Assembly: GCF_009914755.1 (NCBI RefSeq)
Contig: NC_060948.1
Length of the DNA: 64,000 nt
Source of the DNA: the human T2T-CHM13v2.0 reference genome, Homo sapiens
Direction: 5' to 3' (one strand)
In this document: positions 42,808 to 57,072 of the stretch, piece by piece
Numbering within the stretch: position 1 is the first letter of the stretch
Layout: each line of letters opens with the position of its first letter
Program-made: the position numbers and the translations under genes
Notes under the pieces: model-generated
What the model was told of the DNA's origin: nothing
Seen by the model: only the letters and a program-made list of their open reading frames with translations
The model's database searches: none

Positions 42808-45800
42808 GGTGTCGAAAGGAATTGACTCCAATGGAATGGAATCGAATGGAATGGAAGTGAATAGAATCGAACTAAATCGAATGGAATGGAATTGATAGGA
42901 ACGGAATGGAAAGGAATGCAATGATTTGGCATGGAATGGAATCGAATGGCATCGAATGGAATGGAATGGAATGCAATGGAATGGAATGTATTAGAATGTA
43001 ATGAACTTTAATGGAATGTACTCGAATGGATTCGACTGGAATGGAATGTTCTGGAAGTGAATGGACTCCAATGGAATGGATTCCAAAGGAATGGAATCGT
43101 ACGGAATGGAATCTAATGGAATGGAATTAAATGGAAATGAATCAAATTGAATAGCACGGAATTGAATTGAATGGAATGGAATGCAATGGAATCTAATGAA
43201 ACGGAAAGGAAAGGAATGGAATGGAATGGAATGGGCTGGAATGGAAAGGAATCGAAACGAATGGAATGGAATCGAACTGAAGAGACTGGAATGGAATGCA
43301 CTGGAATGGAAGGGAGTGTAATGGAAGGTTCTCGAAAAAAATGGAATCGAATGGAATGGAATTGAATGGAACGGAATAGAGTCGAATGGAATTGAATGGA
43401 ATGGAATGGACTAGAGTGAAATGGAATCGAACCACAAGGAATGGACAGGAATAGAATGGTCTCGAATTGAATGGAATCGTATGGAATGGCATCAAACGGA
43501 ATGGAATGGACAGCCACGGAATGGAATGCACTCGAATGCAATGGAGTCGAAACTAATGGACTGGAATAGAATGGACTCGACTGGTATGGACTCCAATGGA
43601 ATGGAATCGAATGGAAGGGAATCGAACGGAATGGACTCGAAGGGAAAAGACTGCAATGGAAAGGTCTCGAATGGAATGGAAATTAATGGAATGGAATGGA
43701 ATCGAATGAAATGGAGTCAAAAGGGATGGAATCGAATGGCAAGAAATCGAATGTAATGGAATCGCAAGGAATTGATGTGAACGGAACGGAATGGAATGGA
43801 ATCCAAAGGAATGGAATAGAATGGAATGGAATCGAATGGAAAGGACTCGAATGGAAATCACTCGAATAGAATGCAATTTAATAAAATAGGATCAAATGTA
43901 ATGGAATGGAATGGAAAGGAATCGAAACGAAAGGAATGGAGACAGATGGAATGGAATGGAACAGAGAGCAATGGTATAGAATGGAATGGAATCATCTGGA
44001 ATGGAATTGAATGGAATGGAATAATATGAAATGGAATGGAATGGAATGGAATGGAATGGAATGCCCTTGAATTAAATGGACTGGAATGGAATGGACTCGA
44101 ACAGAGTGGAATGGAAAGTGTTGAGATAGAATGGAATGGACTCCTTTGGAATGGTGTAGTATGCAATGCAATCGACTGGCAGGGAATCAAAAGGAATGTA
44201 ATGGAATGGACTGGACTGGAATGCAATGGACTCGAATAGATTGGAAACGGAATGCAAAGAAATGGAATGGAATAGTATGGAATGGAATGGAAAGGAATGG
44301 AGTGGAATAGACTAGAGTGGAATGGAATGGACTGGAAAGCAATGGACTGGAATGGAACTTTCTTGAATGGACTGGAATCAAACGGAATGGAATGCAATGC
44401 AATCCAATGGCATGGAATAAAATAGAATGAAAGAGAATCAAATGGAATTGAATCGAATGGAATCGAATGGATTGGAAAGGAATAGAATGGAATGGAATGG
44501 AATGGACTCAAATGGAATGGACTAGAATGGAATGGATTCGAATGGAAGGCAAAGGAATGGAATCTATTGGAATGGACTGTAATGGAATGGAATGGAAGGG
44601 ATTGGAATGGACTCGAATGGAATGGACTGCAATAGAAAGGATTCGAATGGAATGAAAAAGAATTGAATGGAATAGAACAGAATGGAATCAAATCGAATGA
44701 AATGGAATGGAATAGAAAGGAATGGAATGAAATGGAATGGAAAGGATTCGAATGGAATGCAATCGAATGGAATGGAATCGAACGGAATGGAATAAAATGG
44801 AAGAAAACTGGCAAGAAATGGAATCGAAATGAATGGAGTGTTATGGAACGGACTCAAAAGGAATTGAATGTAATAGAATGGAGTGGAGTGGACTCGAATA
44901 TAATGGACTGGAATGGAATGAAATCACATGGAATGGGAACGAATGGAATGGAATGGAAAGGAATGGAATCGAATGGAAAGGAATCGAATGGAAGGGAATG
45001 AAATTGAATCAACAGGAATGGAAGGGAATAGAATAGACGGTAATGGAATGGACTCGAATAGAATGGACACGAATGCTCAAATTGAATGGACTCGAATGGA
45101 ATGGAAACGAAAGGAATGTCATCGAATGGAATTGAATCGATTGGAATGAAATCGCATAGAATGGAGTGGAATCAAATGGAATTGAATCGAAAGGAAAGGA
45201 AGCGAATGGACTGAAATGAAATGGAATGGAATTGAATGGAAAGTAATGCAATGGAATAGAATGGAACGAAATTTCACGGAATGGAATCAAACTGAATGGA
45301 ATCAAATCAATGGAATCAAATCAAATGGAATGGAAAGGAATTGAATGGAGTAGATTGGATTGGATGGGATTGGAATGAAATGTACTGGAAAGGACTCGAA
45401 TTTCATGAAACGGAATGGAATGAATTGGAACGGAATGGACTCGAATGGAATGGAATGTCATGGAATGGCATCAAATGGAATGGCATCAAATGGAATAGAA
45501 TCGAATGCAATGGAATGCTATGGAATGGAATGGAATGCATTGGAATGGAATGTCCTCTAATGGAATGGATTCGAGTGGAATGGAATCGAATATAATGGAG
45601 TCGAATGAAATGGAATTGAAAGGAATGGGATCGAATACAATGGAATATACTGGAATGTAATGTAATGAACTCGAATGTAATTGACTGGAATGGAATGTAC
45701 ATGAATGGAATGTAATCGAATGGAAAGTAATCCAATGGAATAGAATCTAATGCAATAAAATCGACTCAGATAGAGTAGAATGTAATGGAATGGAGTGCAG

Positions 45801-46371
45801 TGCAATGGAATGGAATGGAATGGAATGCAATTGAACGGAATGGAATGGAATGGAATGGAATGGAATGGGATGGAATGGTATGGAATGGATAGTAATGGAC
45901 TGGAGTGAAATGGACTGGAAAGGAATGGACTCAAATTGAAAGGGCTCGAAAGGAATGGAGTCAAATGGAATGGTCTGGAATGGAATGAACACGAATGTAA
46001 TGCAATCCAATAGAATGGAATCGAATGGCATGGAATATAAAGAAATGGAATCGGAGAGAATGGAAACAAATGGAATGGAATTGAATGGAATGGAATTGAA
46101 TGGAATGGGAACGAATGGAGTGAAATTGTATGCAGTAGAAGGGAATAGAATGGAATGCAAGCGAAAGGAAAGGAATGGATTGGAATGGAATGGAATTCAT
46201 TGGAATGGAAGGGAATGTAGTGTAATGGACAGGCCTGGAATAAAGTGGAATGCTACGGTCTCGAATGGAATAAAAATGTATGGAATGGAATGCAATGAAA
46301 CGGAATCGAATGTCATAGAATGTAATGGAATGCAAAAAAATGGAATCCTAAATCATTGACTGGAAAGGCTG
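42808..46371 (+). repeat. DYZ1 unit 13 (3564 bp)
   Basis: Landmark recurrence; length equals the canonical 3564 bp. Confidence 0.93.
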
Positions 46372-49300
46372 GGTGTCGAAAGGAATTGACTCCAATGGAA
46401 TGGAATCGAATGGAATGGAAGTGAATAGAATCGAACTAAATCGAATGGAATGGAATTGATAGGAACGGAATGGAAAGGAATGCAATGATTTGGCATGGAA
46501 TGGAATCGAATGGCATCGAATGGAATGGAATGGAATGCAATGGAATGGAATGTATTAGAATGTAATGAACTTTAATGGAATGTACTCGAATGGATTCGAC
46601 TGGAATGGAATGTTCTGGAAGTGAATGGACTCCAATGGAATGGATTCAAAAGGAATGGAATCGTACGGAAAGGAATCTAATGGAATGGAATTAAATGGAA
46701 ATGAATCAAATTGAATAGCACGGAATTGAATTGAATGGAATGGAATGCAATGGAATCTAATGAAACGGAAAGGAAAGGAATGGAATGGAATGGAATGGGC
46801 TGGAATGGAAAGGAATCGAAACGAATGGAATGGAATCGAACTGAAGAGACTGGAACGGAATGCACTGGAATGGAAGGGAGTGTAATGGAAGGTTCTCGAA
46901 AAAAATGGAATCGAATGGAATGGAATTGAATGGAACGGAATAGAGTCGAATGGAATTGAATGGAATGGAATGGACTAGAGTGAAATGGAATCGAACCACA
47001 AGGAATGGACAGGAATAGAATGGTCTCGAATTGAATGGAATCGTATGGAATGGCATCAAACGGAATGGAATGGACAGCCACGGAATGGAATGCACTCGAA
47101 TGCAATGGAGTCGAAACTAATGGACTGGAATAGAATGGACTCGACTGGTACGGACTCCAATGGAATGGAATCGAATGGAAGGGAATCGAACGGAATGGAC
47201 TCGAAGGGAAAAGACTGCAATGGAAAGGTCTCGAATGGAATGCAAATTAATGGAATGGAATGGAATCGAATGAAATGGAGTCAAAAGGAATGGAATCGAA
47301 TGGCAAGAAATCGAATGTAATGGAATCGCAAGGAATTGATGTGAACGGAACGGAATGGAATGGAATCCAAAGGAATGGAATAGAATGGAATGGAATCGAA
47401 TGGAAAGGACTCGAATGGAAATCACTCGAATAGAATGCAATTTAATAAAATAGGATCAAATGTAATGGAATGGAATGGAAAGGAATCGAAACGAAAGGAA
47501 TGGAGACAGATGGAATGGAATGGAACGGAGAGCAATGCTATAGAATGGAATGGAATCATCTGGAATGGAATTGAATGGAATGGAATAATATGAAATGGAA
47601 TGGAATGGAATGGAATGGAATGCCCTTGAATTAAATGGACTGGAATGGAATGGACTCGAACAGAGTGGAATGGAAAGTGTTGAGATAGAATGGAATGGAC
47701 TCCTTTGGAATGGTGTAGTATGCAATGCAATCGACTGGCAGGGAATCAAAAGGAATGTAATCGAATGGATTGGACTGGAATGCAATGGACTCGAATTGAT
47801 TGGAAACGGAATGCAAAGGAATGGAATGGAATAGTATGGAATGGAATGGAAAGGAATGGAGTGGAATAGACTAGAGTGGAATGGAATGGACTGGAAAGCA
47901 ATGGACTGGAATGGAACTTTCTTGAATGGACTGGAATCAAACGGAATGGAATGCAATGCAATCAAATGGCATGGAATAAAATAGAATGAAAGAGAATCAA
48001 ATGGAATTGAATCGAATGGAATCGAATGGATTGGAAAGGAATAGAATGGAATGGAATGGAATTGACTCAAATGGAATGGACTAGAATGGAATGGATTCGA
48101 ATGGAAGGCAAAGGAATGGAATCTATTGGAATGGACTGTAATGGAATGGAATGGAAGGGATTGGAATGGACTCGAATGGAATGGACTGCAATAGAAAGGA
48201 TTCGAATGGAATGAAAAAGAATTGAATGGAATAGAACAGAATGGAATCAAATCGAATGAAATGGAATGGAATAGAAAGGAATGGAATGAAATGGAATGGA
48301 AAGGATTCGAATGGAATGCAATCGAATGGAATGGAATCGAACGGAATGGAATAAAATGGAAGAAAACTGGCAAGAAATGGAATCGAAATGAATGGAGTGT
48401 TATGGAACGGAGTCAAAAGGAATTGAATGTAATAGAATGGAGTGGAGTGGCCTCGAATATAATGGACTGGAATGGAATGAAATCACATGGAATGGGAACG
48501 AATGGAATGGAATGGAAAGGAATGGAATCGAATGGAAAGGAATCGAATGGAAGGGAATGAAATTGAATCAACAGGAATGGAAGGGAATAGAATAGACGGT
48601 AATGGAATGGACTCGAATAGAATTGACACGAATGCTCAAATTGAATGGACTCGAATGGAATGGAAACGAAAGGAATGTCATCGAATGGAATTGAATCGAT
48701 TGGAATGAAATCGCATAGAATGGAGTGGAATCAAATGGAATTGAATCGAAAGGAAAGGAAGCGAATGGACTGAAATGAAATGGAATGGAATTGAATGGAA
48801 AGTAATGCAATGGAATAGAATGGAACGAAATTTCACGGAATGGAATCAAACTGAATGGAATCAAATGAATGGAATCTAATCAAATGGAATGGAAAGGAAT
48901 TGAATGGAGTAGATTGGATTGGATGGGATTGGAATGAAATGTACTGGAAAGGACTCGAATTTCATGAAACGGAATGGAATGAATTGGAACGGAATGGACT
49001 CGAATGGAATGGAATGTCATGGAATGGCATCAAATGGAATGGCATCAAATGGAATGGAATCGAATGCAATGGAATATTATGGAATGGAATGGAATGCATT
49101 GGAATGGAATGTCCTCTAATGGAATGGATTCGAGTGGAATGGAATCGAATATAATGGAGTCGAATGAAATGGAATTGAAAGGAATGGGATCGAATAGAAT
49201 GGAATATACTGGAATGTAATGTAATGAACTCGAATGTAATTGACTGGAATAGAATGTACATGAATGGAAGGTAATCGAATGGAAAGTAATCCAATGGAAT

Positions 49301-49930
49301 AGAATCTAATGCAATAAAACCGACTCAGATAGAGTAGAATGTAATGGAATGGAGTGCAGTGCAATGGAATGGAATGGAATTGAATGCAATGGAATGGAAT
49401 GGAATGGAATGGAATGGAATGGAATGGGATGGAATGGTATGGAATGGATAGAAATGGACTGGAGTGAAATGGACTGGAAAGGAATGGACTCAAATTGAAA
49501 GGGCTCGAAAGGAATGGAGTCAAATGGAATGGTCTGGAATGGAATGAACACGAATGTAATGCAATCCAATAGAATGGAATCGAATGGCATGGAATATAAA
49601 GAAATGGATACGAAGAGAATGGAAACAAATGGAATGGAATTGCATGGAATGGAATTGAATGGAATGGGAACGAATGGAGTGAAATTGTATGCAGTAGAAG
49701 GGAATAGAATGGAATGCAAGCGAAAGGAAAGGAATGGATTGGAATGGAATGGAATTCATTGGAATGGAAGGGAATGTAGTGTAATGGACAGGCCTGGAAT
49801 AAAGTGGAATGCTACGGTCTCGAATGGAATAAAAATGTATGGAATGGAATGCAATGAAACGGAATCGAATGTCATAGAATGTAATGGAATGCAACAAAAT
49901 GGAATCCAAAATCATTGACTGGAAAGGCTG
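46372..49930 (+). repeat. DYZ1 unit 14 (3559 bp)
   Basis: Landmark recurrence; extra GGCC at 48449. Confidence 0.93.
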
Positions 49931-52900
49931 GGTGTCGAAAGGAATTGACTCCAATGGAATGGAATCGAATGGAATGGAAGTGAATAGAATCGAACTAAAT
50001 CGAATGGAATGGAATTGATAGGAACGGAATGGAAAGGAATGCAATGATTTGGCATGGAATGGAATCGAATGGCATCGAATGGAATGGAATGGAATGCAAT
50101 GGAATGGAATGTATTAGAATGTAATGAACTTTAATGGAATGTACTCGAATGGATTCGACTGGAATGGAATGTTCTGGAAGTGAATGGACTCCAATGGAAT
50201 GGATTCAAAAGGAATGGAATCGTACGGAATGGAATCTAATGGAATGGAATTAAATGGAAATGAATCAAATTGAATAGCACGGAATTGAATTGAATGGAAT
50301 GGAATGCAATGGAATCTAATGAAACGGAAAGGAAAGGAATGGAATGGAATGGAATGGGCTGGAATGGAAAGGAATCGAAACGAATGGAATGGAATCGAAC
50401 TGAAGAGACTGGAATGGAATGCACTGGAATGGAAGGGAGTGTAATGGAAGGTTCTCGAAAAAAATGGAATCGAATGGAATGGAATTGAATGGAACGGAAT
50501 AGAGTCGAATGGAATTGAATGGAATGGAATGGACTAGAGTGAAATGGAATCGAACCACAAGGAATGGAGAGGAATAGAATGGTCTCGAATTGAATGGAAT
50601 CATATGGAATGGCATCAAACGGAATGGAATGGACAGCCACGGAATGGAATGCACTCGAATGCAATGGAGTCGAAACTAATGGACTGGAATAGAATGGACT
50701 GGACTGGTACGGACTCCGATGGAATGGAATCGAATGGAAGGGAATCGAACGGAATGGACTCGAAGGGAAAAGACTGCAATGGAAAGGTCTCGAATGGAAT
50801 GGAAATTAATGGAATGGAATGGAATCGAATGAAATGGAGTCAAAAGGAATGGAATCGAATGGCAAGAAATAGAATGTAATGGAATCGCAAGGAATTGATG
50901 TGAACGGAACGGAATGGAATGGAATCCAAAGGAATGGAATAGAATGGAATGGAATCGAATGGAAAGGACTCGAATGGAAATCACTCGAATAGAATGCAAT
51001 TTAATATAATAGGATCAAATATAATGGAATGGAATGGAAAGGAATCGAAACGAAAGGAATGGAGACAGATGGAATGGAATAGAACAGAGAGCAATGGTAT
51101 AGAATGGAATGGAATCATCTGGAATGGAATTGAATGGAATGGAATAATATGAAATGGAATGGAATGGAATGGAATGGAATGCCCTTGAATTAAATGGACT
51201 GGAATGGAATGGACTCGAACAGAGTGGAATGGAAAGTGTTGAGATAGAATGGAATGGACTCCTTTGGAATGGTGTAGTATGCAATGCAATCGACTGGCAG
51301 GGAATCAAAAGGAATGTAATCGAATGGATTGGACTGGAATGCAATGGACTCGAATAGATTGCAAACAGAATGCAAAGGAATGGAATGGAATAGTATGGAA
51401 TGGAATGGAAAGGAATGGAGTGGAAAGGAATGGAGTGGAATAGACTAGAGTGGAATGGAATGGACTGGAAAGCAATGGACTGGAATGGAACTTTCTTGAA
51501 TGGACTGGAATCAAACGGAATGGAATGCAATGCAATCAAATGGCATGGAATAAAATAGAATGAAAGAGAATCAAATGGAATTGAATCGAATGGAATCGAA
51601 TGGATTGGAAAGGAATAGAATGGAATGGAATGGAATGGACTCAAATGGAATGGACTAGAATGGAATGGATTCGAATGGAAGGCAAAGGAATGGAATCTAT
51701 TGGAATGGACTGTAATGGAATGGAATGGAAGGGATTGGAATGGACTCGAATGGAATGGACTGCAATAGAAAGGATTTGAATGGAATGAAAAAGAATTGAA
51801 TGGAATAGAACAGAATGGAATCAAATCGAATGAAATGGAATGGAATAGAAAGGAATGGAATGAAATGGAATGGAAAGGATTCGAATGGAATGCAATCGAA
51901 TGGAATGGAATCGAACGGAATGGAATAAAATGGAAGAAAACTGGCAAGAAATGGAATCGAAATGAATGGAGTGTTATGGAACGGACTCAAAAGGAATTGA
52001 ATGTAATAGAATGGAGTGGAGTGGACTCGAATATAATGGACTGGAATGGAATGAAATCACATGGAATGGGAACGAATGGAATGGAATGGAAAGGAATGGA
52101 ATCGAATGGAAAGGAATCGAATGGAAGGGAATGAAATTGAATCAACAGGAATGGAAGGGAATAGAATAGACGGTAATGGAATGGACTCGAATAGAATGGA
52201 CACGAATGCTCAAATTGAATGGACTCGAATGGAATGGAAACGAAAGGAATGTCATCGAATGGAATTGAATCGATTGGAATGAAATCGCATAGAATGGAGT
52301 GGAATCAAATGGAATTGAATCGAAAGGAAAGGAAGCGAATGGACTGAAATGAAATGGAATGGAATTGAATGGAAAGTAATGCAATGGAATAGAATGGAAC
52401 GAAATTTCACGGAATGGAATCAAACTGAATAGAATCAAATCAATGGAATCAAATCAAATGGAATGGAAAGGAATTGAATGGAGTAGATTGGATTGGATGG
52501 GATTGGAATGAAATGTACTGGAAAGGACTCGAATTTCATGAAACGGAATGGAATGAATTGGAACGGAATGGACTCGAATGGAATGGAATGTCATGGAATG
52601 GCATCAAATGGAATGGTATCAAATGGAATGGAATCGAATGCAATGGAATGCTATGGAATGGAATGGAATGCATTGGAATGGAATGTCCTCTAATGGAATG
52701 GATTCGAGTGGAATGGAATCGAATATAATGGAGTCGAATGAAATGGAATTGAAAGGAATGGGATCGAATACAATGGAATATACTGGAATGTAATGTAATG
52801 AACTCGAATGTAATTGACTAGAATGGAATGTACATGAATGGAATGTAATCGAATGGAAAGTAATCCAATGGAATAGAATCTAATGCAATAAAATCGACTC

Positions 52901-53503
52901 AGATAGAGTAGAATGTAATGGAATGGAGTGCAGTGCAATGGAATGGAATGGAATGGAATGCAATGGAATGGAATGGAATGGAATGGAATGGAATGGGATG
53001 GGATGGAATGGTATGGAATGGATAGTAATGGACTGGAGTGAAATGGACTGGAAAGGAATGGACTCAAATTGAAAGGGCTCGAAAGGAATGGAGTCAAATG
53101 GAATGGTCTGGAATGGAATGAACACGAATGTAATGCAATCCAATAGAATGGAATCGAATGGCATGGAATATAAAGAAATGGAATCGGAGAGAATGGAAAC
53201 AAATGGAATGGAATTGAATGGAATGGAATTGAATGGAATGGGAACGAATGGAGTGAAATTGTATGCAGTAGAAGGGAATAGAATGGAATGCAAGCGAAAG
53301 GAAAGGAATGGATTGGAATGGAATGGAATTCATTGGAATGGAAGGGAATGTAGTGTAATGGACAGGCCTGGAATAAAGTGGAATGCTACGGTCTCGAATG
53401 GAATAAAAATGTATGGAATGGAATGCAATGAAATGGAATCGAATGTCATAGAATGTAATGGAATGCAAAAAATGGAATCCAAAATCATTGACTGGAAAGG
53501 CTG
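49931..53503 (+). repeat. DYZ1 unit 15 (3573 bp), near-copy of unit 1
   Basis: Shares the 15-bp duplication, the 1-bp deletion and private SNVs with unit 1. Confidence 0.93.
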
Positions 53504-56500
53504 GGTGTCGAAAGGAATTGACTCCAATGGAATGGAATCGAATGGAATGGAAGTGAATAGAATCGAACTAAATCGAATGGAATGGAATTGATAGGAACGG
53601 AATGGAAAGGAATGCAATGATTTGGCATGGAATGGAATCGAATGGCATCGAATGGAATGGAATGGAATGCAATGGAATGGAATGTATTAGAATGTAATGA
53701 ACTTTAATGGAATGTACTCGAATGGATTCGACTGGAATGGAATGTTCTGGAAGTGAATGGACTCCAATGGAATGGATTCCAAAGGAATGGAATCGTACGG
53801 AATGGAATCTAATGGAATGGAATTAAATGGAAATGAATCAAATTGAATAGCACGGAATTGAATTGAATGGAATGGAATGCAATGGAATCTAATGAAACGG
53901 AAAGGAAAGGAATGGAATGGAATGGAATGGGCTGGAATGGAAAGGAATCGAAACGAATGGAATGGAATCGAACTGAAGAGACTGGAATGGAATGCACTGG
54001 AATGGAAGGGAGTGTAATGGAAGGTTCTCGAAAAAAATGGAATCGAATGGAATGGAATTGAATGGAACGGAATAGAGTCGAATGGAATTGAATGGAATGG
54101 AATGGACTAGAGTGAAATGGAATCGAACCACAAGGAATGGACAGGAATAGAATGGTCTCGAATTGAATGGAATCGTATGGAATGGCATCAAACGGAATGG
54201 AATGGACAGCCACGGAATGGAATGCACTCGAATGCAATGGAGTCGAAACTAATGGACTGGAATAGAATGGACTCGACTGGTACGGACTCCAATGCAATGG
54301 AATCGAATGGAAGGGAATCGAACGGAATGGACTCGAAGGGAAAAGACTGCAATGGAAAGGTCTCGAATGGAATGGAAATTAATGGAATGGAATGGAATCG
54401 AATGAAATGGAGTCAAAAGGAATGGAATCGAATGGCAAGAAATCGAATGTAATGGAATCGCAAGGAATTGATGTGAACGGAACGGAATGGAATGGAATCC
54501 AAAGGAATGGAATAGAATGGAATGGAATCGAATGGAAAGGACTCGAATGGCAATCACTCGAATAGAATGCAATTTAATAAAATAGGATCAAATGTAATGG
54601 AATGGAATGGAAAGGAATCGAAACGAAAGGAATGGAGACAGATGGAATGGAATGGAACAGAGAGCAATGGTATAGAATGGAACGGAATCATCTGGAATGG
54701 AATTGAATGGAATGGAATAATATGAAATGGAATGGAATGGAATGGAATGGAATGCCCTTGAATTAAATGGACTGGAATGGAATGGACTCGAACAGAGTGG
54801 AATGGAAAGTGTTGAGATAGAATGGAATGGACTCCTTTGGAATGGTCTAGTATGCAATGCAATCGACTGGCAGGGAATCAAAAGGAATGTAATCGAATGG
54901 ATTGGACTGGAATGCAATGGACTCGAATAGATTGGAAACGGAATGCAAAGGAATGGAATGGAATAGTATGGAATGGAATGGAAAGGAATGGAGTGGAATA
55001 GACTAGAGTGGAATGGAATGGACTGGAAAGCAATGGACTGGAATGGAACTTTCTTGAATGGACTGGAATCAAACGGAATGGAATGCAATGCAATCAAATG
55101 GCATGGAATAAAATAGAATGAAAGAGAATCAAATGGAATTGAATCGAATGGAATCGAATGGATTGGAAAGGAATAGAATGGAATGGAATGGAATTGACTC
55201 AAATGGAATGGACTAGAATGGAATGGATTCGAATGGAAGGCAAAGGAATGGAATCTATTGGAATGGACTGTAATGGAATGGAATGGAAGGGATTGGAATG
55301 GACTCGAATGGAATGGACTGCAATAGAAAGGATTCGAATGGAATGAAAAAGAATTGAATGGAATAGAACAGAATGGAATCAAATCGAATGAAATGGAATG
55401 GAATAGAAAGGAATGGAATGAAATGGAATGGAAAGGATTCGAATGGAATGCAATCGAATGGAATGGAATCGAACGGAATGGAATAAAATGGAAGAAAACT
55501 GGCAAGAAATGGAATCGAAATGAATGGAGTGTTATGGAACGGACTCAAAAGGAATTGAATGTAATAGAATGGAGTGGAGTGGACTCGAATATAATGGACT
55601 GGAATGGAATGAAATCACATGGAATGGGAACGAATGGAATGGAATGGAAAGGAATGGAATCGAATGGAAAGGAATCGAATGGAAGGGAATGAAATTGAAT
55701 CAACAGGAATGGAAGGGAATAGAATAGACGGTAATGGAATGGACTCGAATAGAATGGACACGAATGCTCAAATTGAATGGACTCGAATGGAATGGAAACG
55801 AAAGGAATGTCATCGAATGGAATTGAATCGATTGGAATGAAATCGCATAGAATGGAGTGGAATCAAATGGAATTGAATCGAAAGGAAAGGAAGCGAATGG
55901 ACTGAAATGAAATGGAATGGAATTGAATGGAAAGTAATGCAATGGAATAGAATGGAACGAAATTTCACGGAATGGAATCAAACTGAATGGAATCAAATCA
56001 ATGGAATCTAATCAAATGGAATGGAAAGGAATTGAATGGAGTAGATTGGATTGGATGGGATTGGAATGAAATGTACTGGAAAGGACTCGAATTTCATGAA
56101 ACGGAATGGAATGAATTGGAACGGAACGGACTCGAATGGAATGGAATGTCATGGAATGGCATCAAATGGAATGGCATCAAATGGAATGGAATCGAATGCA
56201 ATGGAATGTTACGGAATGGAATGGAATGCATTGGAATGGAATGTCCTCTAATGGAATGGATTCGAGTGGAATGGAATCGAATATAATGGAGTCGAATGAA
56301 ATGGAATTGAAAGGAATGGGATCGAATAGAATGGAATATACTGGAATGTAATGTAATGAACTCGAATGTAATTGACTGGAATGGAATGTACATGAATGGA
56401 AGGTAATCGAATGGAAAGTAATCCAATGGAATAGAATCTAATGCAATAAAATCGACTCAGATAGAGTAGAATGTAATGGAATGGAGTGCAGTGCAATGGA

Positions 56501-57072
56501 ATGGAATGGAATTGAATGCAATGGAATGGAATGGAATGGAATGGAATGGAATGGAATGGAATGGAATGGGATGGAATGGTATGGAATGGATAGTAATGGA
56601 CTGGAGTGAAATGGACTGGAAAGGAATGGACTCAAATTGAAAGGGCTCGAAAGGAATGGAGTCAAATGGAATGGTCTGGAATGGAATGAACACGAATGTA
56701 ATGCAATCCAATAGAATGGAATCGAATGGCATGGAATATAAAGAAATGGATTCGAAGAGAATGGAAACAAATGGAATGGAATTGAATGGAATGGAATTGA
56801 ATGGAATGGGAACGAATGGAGTGAAATTGTATGCAGTAGAAGGGAATAGAATGGAATGCAAGCGAAAGGAAAGGAATGGATTGGAATGGAATGGAATTCA
56901 TTGGAATGGAAGGGAATGTAGTGTAATGGACAGGCCTGGAATAAAGTGGAATGCTACGGTCTCGAATGGAATAAAAATGTATGGAATGGAATACAAAGAA
57001 ACGGAATCGAATGTCATAGAATGTAATGGAATGCAACAAAATGGAATCCAAAATCATTGACTGGAAAGGCTG
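53504..57072 (+). repeat. DYZ1 unit 16 (3569 bp), near-copy of unit 2
   Basis: Shares the GGCAATCACT, AACGGAATCATC, GGTCTAGTAT and GTTACGG variants with unit 2. Confidence 0.93.
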